A DNA stretch of 57,573 nucleotides, filler included, from Sphacelaria rigidula (lineage: Eukaryota), in the NCBI GenBank assembly GCA_964200075.2. It is 3 parts of 3 records of this genome, joined end to end, with 100 filler letters (N's around TTAATTAATTAA, not from the genome) between each part and the next. Parts side by side here need not be neighbours in the genome. Positions count along the whole stretch, not along the records: positions 19,235 to 38,354 come from CAXNAA020000731.1; 2 more parts are not named here. One strand, given 5' to 3'. Position 1 is the first letter of the stretch. Each line of letters opens with the position of its first letter. A program made the translations under genes and the position numbers. Below, in pieces: positions 23,086 through 36,230 of this stretch. The notes below the pieces were generated by a model that was not told where the DNA came from, did no database searches, and saw only the letters and a program-made list of their open reading frames with translations.

Positions 23086-25790
23086 CTGTCCCATTAACAT
23101 AAACAAGGCGATTGGCGACACGATGGCAAACGTCGTTGAGAAAATTGGGTGCACTTCCACAAGAAATAGTACCGGAAGCGCAGTAAGCTGTAGCCACCAT
23201 TTACTGTGATTTGTCCGTTTCAAAATAGCGTAGTCCCGACTGCTATACTCCAAGTACCTTACTTGGCCCTTGGAATAGACATGTACTCTTGTGGCAACCC
23301 GTACATTTATCACGACTTGGTACAATACAGCACAGCACAGCACAGCACAGCACAGCAAAGCTCTTACAATATGATACGGAGAGCTGGCGAGCACTGCAGT
23401 GACATGGATATACGGATATGCAATCAGTGGACCGCAGACTACACATTACCTGCGCCCAGCTGTTGCCTGGCTTTGGCCCTGTTGACTGTTGAACCTCAGT
23501 AAGGCAGTCTTATTCCTTTTCGATAATATCCAGCGCCTTTACATTGATTATTTTCATTCAACATCGACTGTTGTGCTCCAGTCGAAGCAGCCGTGTTCCA
23601 CAGTATCGGCTATACTCAGCCAATGTGTCACTTCGGTGCATAGTAAAAATAAATATGCAACAGCTCGGTGAAGTGGAAGTTACTGGACCCCCGAAAAATT
23701 CACGTACAAACCTGTTTCCACCTTACTCTAACTTGATACTGGGAGAATTATACCGTAGCGGTGACGTCCGTGGTTATCAGACTCATATCATGCAGGGATC
23801 GTAATTTCTGGTACTGTCTGTAAGGAAACGTAGTCTCTCGCTAGGTAGCTTTGTAGCGGTTCTTGACAGAACCCACAGTCCGCGCGAGAGGACCTGCACG
23901 TCGAGCTGTCGCGCGAGGTGGAGCGGCAACGGTGAGCCCAGTCCCCTCAGATATATCGCGGAGCCCAGACAGTGTTGCTAGGTGCGTTTCGTCGAGCAGT
24001 CATCGATGAGCGGGCGAAGCATCGTGGCACGACTGCTGTCTCCTCGCTGGTTTGATATTGTACATTCGATAATTGTCTTTAGACAACGAGTGTAAAGTGG
24101 AAGCATAATCTGGCCATGCTGATAACCCCCGTTTCAGCCCACAAAGCACCCGTAGCGCCTAGCAACATCTAACCTGTCGCTTCGACACTCACCTGTGGCA
24201 TCAGCCAACAGATGCTCGAAGTTCCAGCATGATTACCATCACTACAGTCATACACGCAGTGTGCCTTGTCTCCACATCCAACCTTCCGAAGTACCGCCTC
24301 CTTATTATCAAAAAGGAACAAGACTGGAGACGGCTGCATACTATAATTAAAATGGCCGGCATTACTATGATGATTACATTATAAGTTTACAATTTTCCTT
24401 CTCCGTATGTTTTCAATATCTCCTCCCCTTCCTCGGGACGAGTCCGCCACTCTTGCGGTCTCGAAGGATCAAGTCCTCTTCCCCAGTACACGCACTACAT
24501 TATGGTGAGGCGGACTGGATCATGACCATCAGAACTCCCGCGACATGTCGACTGCCGTCTTACATCGTCTTACATACAGTACTGAGCCGAAAAGTCTCTT
24601 TTTGCCATACCTCCCACAGATAAGGGAACTCAAAGGGAATGAAGAGATTTTCACGCTAAGCGCGGTTATGGCCAAGGGTAAGAAATCGGCACCCGGCAAA
24701 ACTTGAGTGCCCGTTCGAAATCAGGGGAAGAACTATCATAAAACATGGGGCGTGTCCCGTTTCACTGTGCTGAAGCACAAACACACTCGTGCCCACTCTC
24801 ATGTGCTGTAGCTGTCACTGCGTTGTGGTGTGTTTGGACCTTCGCGAAGACGGTTTGGTCTCCGCTGGAATTGCCTGCGTTGCTTCATTGTCATTGTGTT
24901 CGTCTCAATAGAATCGAATGTCAGTCGGCATGAAGTGCTGTCTACACGGTTGAACACTTCATGGCGTGCCAGCTGTTTCCTCTTCCGCAAAACGAGCACG
25001 GTACTTTACACACCCATCAGTTCTCTCTCCTCTAGTTGCCGCTGTTTTGTTGTGCATTCGAAAACGCACGGCGTGATGTGTGCTCGGGATGTAGGGTGCC
25101 TCAACACCTACCTGTCCTGCTACCGTGTTTCGGTCTGTACACAATTGGGGTGCGACCGAAGTGCTTGTCTACACAACGTTGAAGAAATCACGTGATGGCT
25201 GTGCAGCTGTTCGCTGTGCCTTCTTTGATACTTCAGTTGTAGTCGGGTGCTGTGATGGGGGGAAAGACACGCAAGGCGCGTGCGTGCAGGTTGGGGCAAA
25301 CAAACTGAGCCAGACAGCTGTATCCTCAGCGATTGATCGTCGCAGTTGTCTGTCTCGCAGCGGCGCAACGTGTGGGTCAATCAACGCCATTTTGCAACTC
25401 ATACGCATCTCATAGCTTCCACGTGATCAGTGGAAGGCGGAAGGCCCTCGTAATTTTCGTGTTTTGAAACGCTCTGCTAGGTCCAAAAATGTTGCAACTC
25501 ACATCTCTTGCCCATATCGGCGGGAGGTGTGCCCTCTTTGACACACACGGCCTCGCGCTTTCAGTGACGGAAATGGGATGCTCATGAGAAAAAAGCCGAA
25601 CTAGAGGCATATATGGTGGGAATGAAATCCGCGTTTCCACCGCTTTAATGGTGTCGGTAGTACAGTAGTACGGTAGTGCGGTACCACTTGACACTTCGCC
25701 AGCGGGGCACGGTCGCATTATTCTCTTGTTTCCTACCTCTCCGTCTCCGTCTCCAGAGTGACCAGAATCCATGAATTCCTGCAGGTTTAC

Positions 25791-25880
25791 CTTGAGCTCT
25801 CCGCAGAATAGCTGCAAGAAGTCCAAGTGTTCAGAAACGGATGCCACAGCACTGGGCGCTCCGCCCGAGTCGAGTCCGCC
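25791..25880 (-). CDS. Probable upstream exon of the same minus-strand gene
   Basis: 90 nt, GGLDSGGAPSAVASVSEHLDFLQLFCGELK. TAG acceptor and AAG|GTAAAC donor. Confidence 0.35.
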
Positions 25881-27956
25881 CTATTTGTTTTTTACCGTTT
25901 CGTGTGCAAGATGAACGTGAAAAATGCAGTTATGCAATGAGGACACTGTGCAGTTCATGGGCTGCGGTTGAGCAATTGCTTACATCTCATGAATCGGCCC
26001 CTTCCCAAGGATCAAAACGGGCGTTGATCAGTGAGCCATGTGCCTTGCGACGTGGAGGACGACCGTGCTGAAGTACTGTCGGAGATATGTGCTACCTTGA
26101 CCATTATCTAGAAGCTATGGGCTAGAATTTACTGAGGAAACCAGCGATAAGCATGTATGTGTTGTCGAGAATGAACATGTAGACCCTTTCCTACATGGGT
26201 GGCTCCCTCGTTCCTGGGGGGTGTTATCTCACGTGACAATTCAGTTGTAAGTAAACGAGTAAATTTAGATCTGAAGTGCGACCACACATCGCTGTCGACG
26301 TGACTCTGTGAGATACAGTGTGCACATAACTCTGCAAATATTGCCGTGGGTAATTGATAATGGCTGAAGTGATCCTTTCTAAACATGCCCTTCCCAATCC
26401 GTGTCCCATGCAACGATATCCTCGGTTGAAGCTACTACAGTACTGTACTGTACTGTTGACTGTGTACGGTCTACTGTAACCAGTTTCGATTTCACCACGG
26501 AAGACTTCAGTACAAGTCGTCGTACCCTGAACTTTGTGTTGTGATGGAGCCTCATCATTGCTCCCACGAGCTTCGCCGTATCTCCCATATGCTCGGTAGG
26601 CATCCTTTCCCGTTTTCCGTGCCCCCAGAGTCAGCCTGGGACAGTACGCGGTTGGATGCAATGCAGCGTTGCGCAGCTTTCACTTTGCGGTCTGTTTGTT
26701 TTCGATTTTTTACATATGACATCACGGTAACTGACACCTATCGTCATCATTCACATGAGTACTGCAGTGATTTTCCCTCGTGAATTGGGATATGCTCGTA
26801 GCGCCGCAGCCGGTACATAATATTCAACTTGGTGAATAATGCCGCAAGAGCTTCCCCTCCCCCAGAAAACACCCTTGTTTGAGGAGGAAAAATCAACAGA
26901 GTGATGCTACGTTAGGGGTGCATTAATATTTTCTGAGGTTATAACTGTTGGGAGCAGCCCTTTATCTTATGCAAAACACGACCTATGAAAATAGGTGAAA
27001 GTACGCCAGGATTACTGCTCTAATGTGCTGGGGATATCCCGAATGAGTTTGCAAACAGGGATGCCCTGACCCACATTTTTATGCATCTAGAATCGTTAGG
27101 AGCCCCTGAACTAGACGTAATTTCGCGAAAAAAGTGCACCCCTACCGCAGCATTTCTCAACACGGGAATCAAATTGACAGAAGTCCTAAGGATATTATAC
27201 CAAACAGTTGTCAACTCCCACGTTTTGGACCGTTTTCATCAATATCAGTCGTAGTATGAGGTGGCTCATGCACGCTATTATGCGCTGTATGACCATTTCC
27301 TCGTGGTCTTTTTGAAGCTGGTTTGGAGGAGAGCTGTGATGGTATCATGGTATCACTGAGGTGTTAAAATTATGTATGCATTCTATTCAATGCACGCCAG
27401 ATAATAAGACCATCGGAACACAAGCGAAAATGCGGGTATCAAACGGAAGATCATAGTCTAATATTGATGTCAATAAAGGTTATAATTCTCGGCACAATTG
27501 CTTTTTCCCCCCCTTGAATCGGCATGATTACGATGAATCACAAATATTGGCGCTCCTTGTTCTGTTTGAGAACAATCTCACCTCCTGCCTCACGTTCTCT
27601 CCCTGCGGATAAGTTCTCGTTATCTTGTCTTCTCATTTGATCGAGATACCACTTTACGCCGAATCATCCCCAAACGAGGAGAGCACTGGACACTACTGCA
27701 CAGGTATATCTCAACTACAGTCTAGATATTTCACTGTCTCTATGTCAACGTGGCACCGACAGCAGCATGCGACAGGTTGTGTGAAGAGTCGAGTACCAGT
27801 AGTTTACGATGTGTGTTTTCCACGATCGACGTTTTAGAACAATGCCAATCCTCTTCTGTTCGGCGGTCCTCTCAGCCTTTCGCGTTGTTGTATGCCCTCT
27901 TTGCTTGCGCTGACAACAGCGCTTCACCTCATCTTCTCTCCCGCATTGAAGCAAAG

Positions 27957-28409
27957 ATGAGCAGCATTAGAAAGGTGGGCTTGGCACTTGCTGCCCTGGG
28001 GTATGCGGCGCGAAGGGCAGCAGCTGTGGATGTGGGCACCTGCGCCGCACTGTTGGAGGCGGTGTCTTCTGCAGCCGACACAGCCACGTCCATCAGCTTG
28101 ACTACAAGCTTCGCATGTAGCCAGACTGTGAGCATCTCGGACGATCAGGACATCACGATAGATGGAGCAGACAATACCATTACCATCTCGAACTCGTTTA
28201 CCAGCTCCGTATCTACGGGATCGAGCTTGTTTTCCAACTTGGGCAGCCTGAGTATCACCAATTTGATCGTAACCGAAAGCGGGGACGACTTGGATACAGC
28301 GGGCGTGCGCGCGATTCACAATGAGGGGGCGCTGACTATCAGCAGCTGTGAATTCCAGGGGCTGAACGTCCGTACCGAAATCTCCGACAGGATGGCGCAG
28401 GGTGGCGTG
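27957..28409 (+). CDS. Secreted POMP/adhesin-like beta-helix protein, exon 1
   Basis: Signal peptide MSSIRKVGLALAALGYAARRAAA, then a Ser/Thr-rich beta-strand pattern (ITIDG, NLGSLSI, AIHNEGALTISSCEF, QGG). Donor GTGAGT. Confidence 0.6.
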
Positions 28410-30534
28410 GTGAGTAATTGGTGAAGGGATGGGACTGTAATTCATTTCCGTTTCACCCCTGGAATCGAGCAAATGGATGTAAAGACTGGAATGATGGACA
28501 GAGGAGGTAATTCCTCAGCTCGATTTCGAGGAAGAACAAAACATGTCGCCAAGTATGTGGTCTTCAGGTAGACAGGGGGCTGGACATCTCTTTGTAAATG
28601 ACACGACGACAGCAGGAAGAAAGACTGAGGAGAGAGCAACTTTTCCAAGTTCACTTAACCCTTAGACGGCGAGGGTAGTTAGTCCACCTGGATCACGCAT
28701 ACTTTTTCCAAGTGAAATTGACGCCGATTCAACAGGCGACCCATCCTCGCGGTCAGGATGTTGAGACTGTACGACGTGTATTATACAATACAAAAGAGTA
28801 CCCCCCAGTGACATCTGTTTGAGTTTAAATAACTCAAAGTTACCAGTAGTACATGGTGGTACAGACAACAACTGCGTGCAGTCGATGGATTCCAGGATGT
28901 GGGACAGTACAACAGTAACCTTGTTTCGTAGCCAAACCCTCGTTTACATCTGGCTAGTTCCCCTGAGGAAATGAGTGCACGATAGGTAACGTCATCGATG
29001 TCGACGACTTTCGCTGTAGGTGTCTGTGGCTCCGCCCGGTCGTCAGTTTTATGCTGTACACCTTCGTAGTGCCAGTATACCCCGTGCTCCACCAACGAAG
29101 TCTGCCAAGATGCAAAAACTCTGCCACTATCGACACCATATTCGCCATCATCTGACGTGCCCACCGTCGAGTACCCTCCCTGGGCACGCTGCCCTTTCAT
29201 GAACAGCGTGGCTCCAGAATGAGGAGGTTTGGTTGGGGCGCTCCTGTTCTTCGTACGAGTAGCATGTACAGGAAGGGTGTGAACGATGTTCATTTATGTT
29301 CGTTGATGGAATATTTTTGCACGTTTTGACACACCTGTACATACGGACTGTAATACACTGAGGTAAATGCCGACTCTTATCGTACATCGAAATAAAGTTT
29401 ATGGCTGGTTTTGTTCGCCTTTTCTTTAGTTGGCGATTTTGATGGGAGACAGAAAACATACAACATAATACTAAATTGTCTGCATCTCGCCAAAATGCGA
29501 AGTCAGGAGTTTTGCGCCTGTACAACAGCTCTCTGTCACTGACCGAACACAATAATATTACGGCAGCTCAGGCAATCCTTGGCACAGATCAAACCGTCCT
29601 CGCAAGCTTCAAACGCACCAAGCTGCAGTGCCAGTTTCAGCACCGGAATGGTGGGTTTGGGCACGAAACGCTTTGTTGCAAGAGTTCGTTTTTCACATTT
29701 CGTTCAAAGTCGCGCGCGTTTCGATTTTGAATGGGTCCGAGAAGAGATTAGCTGCCGAGAAAAAATCCCATAAAAAACCAAACCGATTTTCCTTTTTTCG
29801 GGCCACAAGAACATGCGAACTTGCAAGACGGAGTGCACTTTTGCCATTCACCATTTATCGTACTGTCTGTACTGCACTGTATTATATCTCGTATAGAGTG
29901 TGGAGGGCCATTTCCCTTCGAACGATACAGTTATCCCGAAGATGAGTTGGTAACCCACATGCTACAATCAGTAGTGGCCGTGCTGCACGGTACTGTCTCG
30001 ACTGTCTGCACTGTTGTACTGTGGATTGTATTAAAAAGTCAATAGCCCGTCAACCATGACTCTCGCCCGATCAATACTAGCGTGTCTGGAAAAGCTCATC
30101 GCCTACGGTTGCAGCCCTCGAATACCAGTGGAAATCTGCTTCAATCAGGTTGTGTGTAGTCCTGAGCTGGAGCAGTGAAGTTGAAATTTGACGTATCTCG
30201 GAGACCGTCGGAACGCACACAACCAACGGGGGGTGTTAACTCTAAGTCAAAGTCGAACACAGCTGTAGAGTAACCCCCCCGTGCGCCCGGGTAGCCTAAT
30301 GATACGTGCAAAGACTCGCGGAGTGGCACGATAGCTCATTCTCAGAAGCCTCATTTTGACTGGAATCCGTCCAGTAGTCGCATTGCAGGAGCTAGTGCAA
30401 TTCGCGTCGGCGCCGTCCTCCAACTGCGAGCTAGCGGCCGCAGCGGCTCAAGACATCCTGTGAACTGTCTTCGGTCCATGGTCTGTTTCGCCACGTTATT
30501 TTTTCAAGAATGGATCATGATACGAGTCGAGTAC

Positions 30535-30608
30535 CAAATCCCTCTCGGTCCAGCATCACGTTCGTATACCGGAAGGTGAAGACTGGCGTCCAGAAGAGAT
30601 GGGATGAC

Positions 30609-30679
<71 letters not shown>
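30535..30679 (+). repeat. Retroposon-like 3' tail ending in a (CA)34 microsatellite
   Basis: GTATACCGGAAGGTGAAGACTGGCGTCCAGAAGAGATGGGATGAC followed by (CA)n at 30611-30679. A related copy lies on the minus strand at ~37205-37330. Confidence 0.6.
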
Positions 30680-30682
<3 letters not shown>

Positions 30683-32639
30683 CAGAAAGCCTCACCGCCT
30701 GAGAAATCGACCCGTACACGATCACTCTCGCCGTGAAATGGTTATAACGCTGCCCCGGGTGGTGTGATTTCGAAACGGGGCTCTTCTCATTTCTCTGGAC
30801 GGAGTCGACGCCCCAGGTGACATTATTGGAAATATTCGCCATCTCGATGGTACTTTCAAGCCTGAGCGTGACCTCAGCCCTAATCTCGTCCCCAACGAAG
30901 GCTGCGACCTTGAATCCTCGGCCAACGGGACATTAACTCCACCCCGGCTACCCTACGATTCATGTTCACGTTCACTTCCTTGAACCCAGTTTTAGTTTCA
31001 GAACAACGTTTAATTTTCCGGCTGACAGTCCCGCGGAACAATTTTCAATAACCGGGTGTTCAAGTGGGTAAACGCAGTTATTCCATTTGTCATCATCTTG
31101 GTAATGTAGGAATGGCGCTAGATTCAAGATGAGTGCATGTAGACCTCTCTTCACTCCTTGTAGACTATGGGTCGGATGGACAAGTATAGATCATCTGTAG
31201 AATCGGCAACGATTTTACGTGAAAAATGATCAAATGATCCGTGACCAGATGATCTTACCTCGCGATCAAACGTTTTTTTCAACCGCCATGACCGCGAGCA
31301 TAGGTCATCTGTTGAACCAAACAGCAGTTTCACTTGAAAAATGATTGCATGACCGGATGACCTCCCTCGCGGTCACCCGCGGTCGAAGGGTTAAGCGCCA
31401 AAGCCGAAGTGGAGTGCACGTGCGTAACGTACGTCCAAAGCCACGTCGCCCAACCTTCGCGGCCCCGTGAAACTATGAGCGTTTGTGTGAGAGCATGGAC
31501 TCCCGTGAATTTGCAGGAAAGCATCGAAGTGTTGCCAACCGAACGTGAATTAATGTACAACAGGAGGGCTTGTGGGCTGATAGGCTCTAGAGGCCAGCAC
31601 GTGAACAGCGGTAGCTACATGACGCAGTTGTGCTTGCTTGACTTGGCTGATGGACTGATGAATGATGGCCATGGTCTTGACATATAATCGACTAAAGTAG
31701 CAAAATCATGGCAGTACCACACTGAAGACACCCCCGACACTTTCTACAAAAAGAGAACCCAGTCATGACGGCAGGCACAAAAAACAACCGGCCGCACCTG
31801 ACGTAACGGGGGGATGCCCCCTCACCCTGATTTCTACAAACTTGGAGGTTTCAAAGTTTCCCCGATGCCTCCAGGCAGCCAGCACAAAGTGTTCCGACTC
31901 TTTGTTTTATTGGTCTACTTATGATCCATCTGGAGGAAAGCTGGAGGTGAAAGGGTCAACACGCAGGCTGATTCAGTAGTCAGAGGGAAACACAGAGAAC
32001 ACTCTTCACTAGAAAACGCAGAAACTCGGCAGGAGAATCTCACTTCGGTTCTGAGGGGTTCTGAGATGGAGGTACGGGGCGAAATGACATGCAGTGAAGG
32101 CGAACCCGATGTCGCCATTGAGTGCTCGGAGTTTCGTTCCGTTTTGCCGATTTTTTGGGAACCGGGAGATACCCCGCGGCTCAAGACCCCCCCAAAAACG
32201 TGAAAACGAATCGAAACTCCATCCACCGCGGCGCGGGCTACATCAGGTTTGGCTTAGGGGCGCGTGGAATTTCGTCCCCCAACTCTTAAGGTCAGCGTGA
32301 GGCTTTGAGAAACGTGGAATTGTTCCAAGAATCTGGGGTTGCCGACCTCTTTCAGCCGCTCGTAGCTTGTAATGTAACCCCAAGCAATGATGATGGAACA
32401 GACTGGGAGTCCAACCAACCAATCATGGACGTGGTCGGCTTTGTCGTTGAGAAAACGGCGAACATTTTCGTCTCCCAACTCTCGCAACCGACGTGAAGTT
32501 TCGCGGGCGAACGTGAAATTGCTCCGGGAACCTGAAGATCCATTGTCTTTTAGAAAGCCGTCAAACGCGCCGTGACTCCCGCCATCGTAACATCGGGATC
32601 GCCTCCAGGAACACGAGTATGAAACTGAAGTCCCGTCTC

Positions 32640-33790
32640 CCCTGGTACCCGACGGTCCTGTAACCTTTGTGGGACTTTCATACCCCTACCCGATAATTCT
32701 CTGAATCCTGTAAGCCTCCCATAGTCATACCCAGGGCAAAGAGTATACTCTTGTAAAAATACCCGGTTGGGGGTACGGTTTTTAATCCAACCTTCACAGT
32801 ATACCCGACAACTTCTGTGAGTTCTGTACGACCCGACAATTCCGTAAGTTCTGTAAGTGCTGAACTTTTGCCACATTTTCGTATCCTTACCCCCGACAGT
32901 TCTCTGACTTCTGTAAGCCTCCCATAACCCTACACGGGGTTCGGGTATATACCCATGCCGATATACCCGATGAAGGTAGAAGCACAGGCTTATACCCTGG
33001 GGAGGTATGGATGAAGGTTCACCGACAGAACCTGCTATCCTGAACTTGAACCCCGAAGCCCCCATTAAACTCCCTTCGTCTTCTCAATCCCAAACGCCAC
33101 ACCCAGACAAAATCAAATTTAAAAATTTCGTACACTGGCCGGTTACGGGGTACCGTTGAGTGGAGACGCGAAACATGAGTGGCAATGCAGACCGCCAGGA
33201 TTGATCACGGGTTTATCACTCCCAGAATTCAGTGGTGACTCGGATGGGGGCGGTTCATCTGCGCCACCAGGAGGATCAAGTTGCAATTCGCAGGTCATCG
33301 ACGTGGATGGTGGTCGTTTCTAAGGATGTAGTTTCGTCGTGTGAGGTTTTTCGTATACCCAGGGTATATTCCCGGCTATTGCTCGTACCCGACAGTCATG
33401 TGACTCCTGTGACACTTCCAATACCCGTAACCGATAGTTCTGCGACTTCTGTAATACTTTCATACCGATACCCGACACTTGTGTGTGTTCTGCAGCCTCC
33501 CATACACTTACCCGACAGTTCCGTAATTTGCGTACAAAATCTTCATTATATCTTCACCCGGGGCGCTGGTGTACCCATGCGAAAAATACCCGGTTACGGG
33601 TTCGGTTTTCTGTCCAACCTTCATGCCCTACCGGACAAGTTGTGCGTGTTCTGTAAGTCTCCCATACCCCACTCTACAGGTTCTTTCACTTTATAAGATT
33701 TCATACCGGTACCCGATAGTTATCTGAGTTTTGTAAGGAATCTCATACCAGACCGAAGATACCCGTACTCTACGGAACACACCCTTAGAA
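32640..33790. repeat. Two blocks of modular degenerate repeats (TACCC(G), TTCTGT(A/G)A, GGGTAC)
   Basis: Blocks ~32640-33000 and ~33350-33790 share motifs such as AATACCCGGTT..GGGT.CGGTTTT..TCCAACCTTCA and CTGTAAG.CTCCCATA. Confidence 0.6.
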
Positions 33791-34231
33791 ATCTCAACCA
33801 CGCAGACATCAGCGGCGTCGTTCTTGCCTTCAGTAGTACGTACGTGTGTGAAATTTCGTGGTCTGACTCTCCAAGATGGCGCAAGGTTTTGAGCAAGAGC
33901 AAACCTGGCAGTGTTTTGACATTCTGGCCTTGCGACAAATATCGCGTAGAAACCGGTCAACTGTGTTCGCGACTGCGGCCTGTTGTGAGACCTAACAGTG
34001 CTGTAAAAGATGACGATATTGTTGACGAGGATGAGTTGACTAGACTTTTGGGCGCCAGCACAGATTTCGCGTTACTTTTTCTTGATCGTTAGTATCGCAC
34101 TAAACTAGCATGGTCGAAAAGGCGGGTTGGGGTCGAGGATGAGTTCGAATGAAACGCCATCCAGCCACACCCCGCATGAAGTCAAGTGCAACACGCCCTT
34201 CACCTGTTGGCCAACGAAACGCTTAGTTCGG

Positions 34232-34232
<1 letters not shown>

Positions 34233-34263
<31 letters not shown>
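34233..34263. repeat. (TG)15 microsatellite
   Basis: Read directly from the sequence. Confidence 0.9.
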
Positions 34264-34264
<1 letters not shown>

Positions 34265-36230
34265 GAGTTGAGGTGGGCACCAAAAGCCAAAGAAAAAAAC
34301 GGTTACCGGATAGGGGGCCTTATTTATTCTCAGATACCAAAACCCGGATAAACCGTCTTTTTCAGCCGGTTCAACCGGTTTAACCTCATGGGCAAGGGAA
34401 AGCACCTCCAAATCATTGAAGCGCAGGCAAGGAGGTGTTGCTGTCGTATATTTCGTGTGCGATGGGTGATACACTCTAACACACCCACTGCTGGTTACGG
34501 CAAGGTTCAATATCACACCTTCGCACCCGTGCAACATCTGTCGAACGCACAGCACAGTGGCTGGTGACACCAATTTGAATGCTTGATGGGAAATGCTGTT
34601 GGTGACTACTTCGGCAGTTGCTGTTGCGAAACTTGAAACTAACATGAGCAAATCGACGAGTCATCAGAAGGGAAGACCCCGATCACTGCTACTGTACTCT
34701 GTCCTGTTGAAAGTTGAGATACAGCGATGCAGTTTTTGTAGCTGGCCCTGTGGTATTGACGAGTAAATGCAGACTCTACGGTAGTGTCAGTGTCCAGTAA
34801 CGGTTCGAGATGAGCTGGGTGTGTTGAGCACATGCGTGTATTATTGCAGTAGCTGGTGATATGATCACGTTTCTTGTACTCATGTACCGTTGTACTCATG
34901 TTCTGTTGATCCTGAAACGGTCCTGCCAAACGGTCACGACAGTGTTTGCTCGTGACTGCTACAGAAGTTGAACTCACTGAAGCAATAGCAATATCAATAC
35001 TAGCAATAGCAAAAGGAACAAAAACCGTCGAACACTGTAACCTTAACCTCGACCGTCATTCAACAGTCACACCTGCGGCCGCAGAAATACACTAGACTAG
35101 GCTCATTTAAACAAGTATGTGGCCCGATATTGTAGGGCATGAACGGCGGGGTTGCGGCCAGGAAATCATGCCACTCCGGCTAAGCGACAATCGATACTTT
35201 GTTTGGCTTGACCCCCCTTGCCTCATATCAGGGTCTATACAATAATGATACAGGCTGCGGATCGCGCTCCGCCCTTACTGCCCTTACTGCCGCCACAAAA
35301 ACATTGTATTTGCTCTTGGCGCTGTGTGCACACGACTGTACAGTTGTTCGCTGTGCACATGGCATAGAGTGTAAAAACGTACGGCGCATCTGTGCATCTA
35401 CGGAGATTCGAACCCCAGATCGGCGTAGTTGGTTTTTGAGATTCACCCACCGTACATGAAAAGTATCCCAACATGGATGCAAGATACAAGTAGCGTTGCG
35501 TCAAAGTACAGGGAGTGAAGTTGACCGCTCCGCGGTCAAACGATTTATGTAGCCCTTGACCCTCGAATCACCAGCCTCGCCAGCCTCGAACGGTATCTTC
35601 GGCTGACGATATATAATACTCGTTCAAGCATTCACGAGTTTCCACAAGGGTTCTCTTTGATGTGAGGGTGCGAGCTTCCATGTCGTTAGAGAGCTTCCTA
35701 GATGAGTTACACATGCTTTTGGTATTACACGGCAGGGGCAAATGAGTTGATTGCTCAGGAATTCTCTCTTTTTTCTTCTTGTCCCATCTTTGATGGTCCT
35801 GCCCTTACTTGTCACAGTATGGTGAATCACAGGACAAATCTTTTGAAAGGGTTTCCCACGCAAACGTTCGCCTTTGTTGCCCTTATCCTTCGAACTAGGA
35901 GGCCAAAAATACGCACCACATCTCGGAATTACAACAGCGACTTATTTATTTGAGCAATGGCCTCGGAAAGGTATACCTTCTCGTATTTTGCCAAAGAAAG
36001 GTACGAAAAATCACCACAAACGCAAAAATAGCAAATCACACAATGTACACCGATTTCATTCCGAACTTTCTATTCAATTTTCGACGCACAGCAATCGGCG
36101 GGCTCCTCGGCACCTGGCCTCGAAACAAGGACAGAAAAAAAACATGTTACTCGCGAAATATGGCCATGCGCAGAAAGACGTCTCGCCTCCCGAAACCCCT
36201 CTCCCCTTCTAGGCCAAGTTTCGGTCAGGT

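Noticed and set aside
26907..27150. Possible small MITE (TAGGGGTGCA / TGCACCCCTA)
   Set aside because: Only a ~10-16-bp imperfect inverted match with no clear TSD.
35400..35460. tRNA gene (reverse-strand GGTTCGAATC B-box)
   Set aside because: No cloverleaf or acceptor stem; at most a decayed SINE head.
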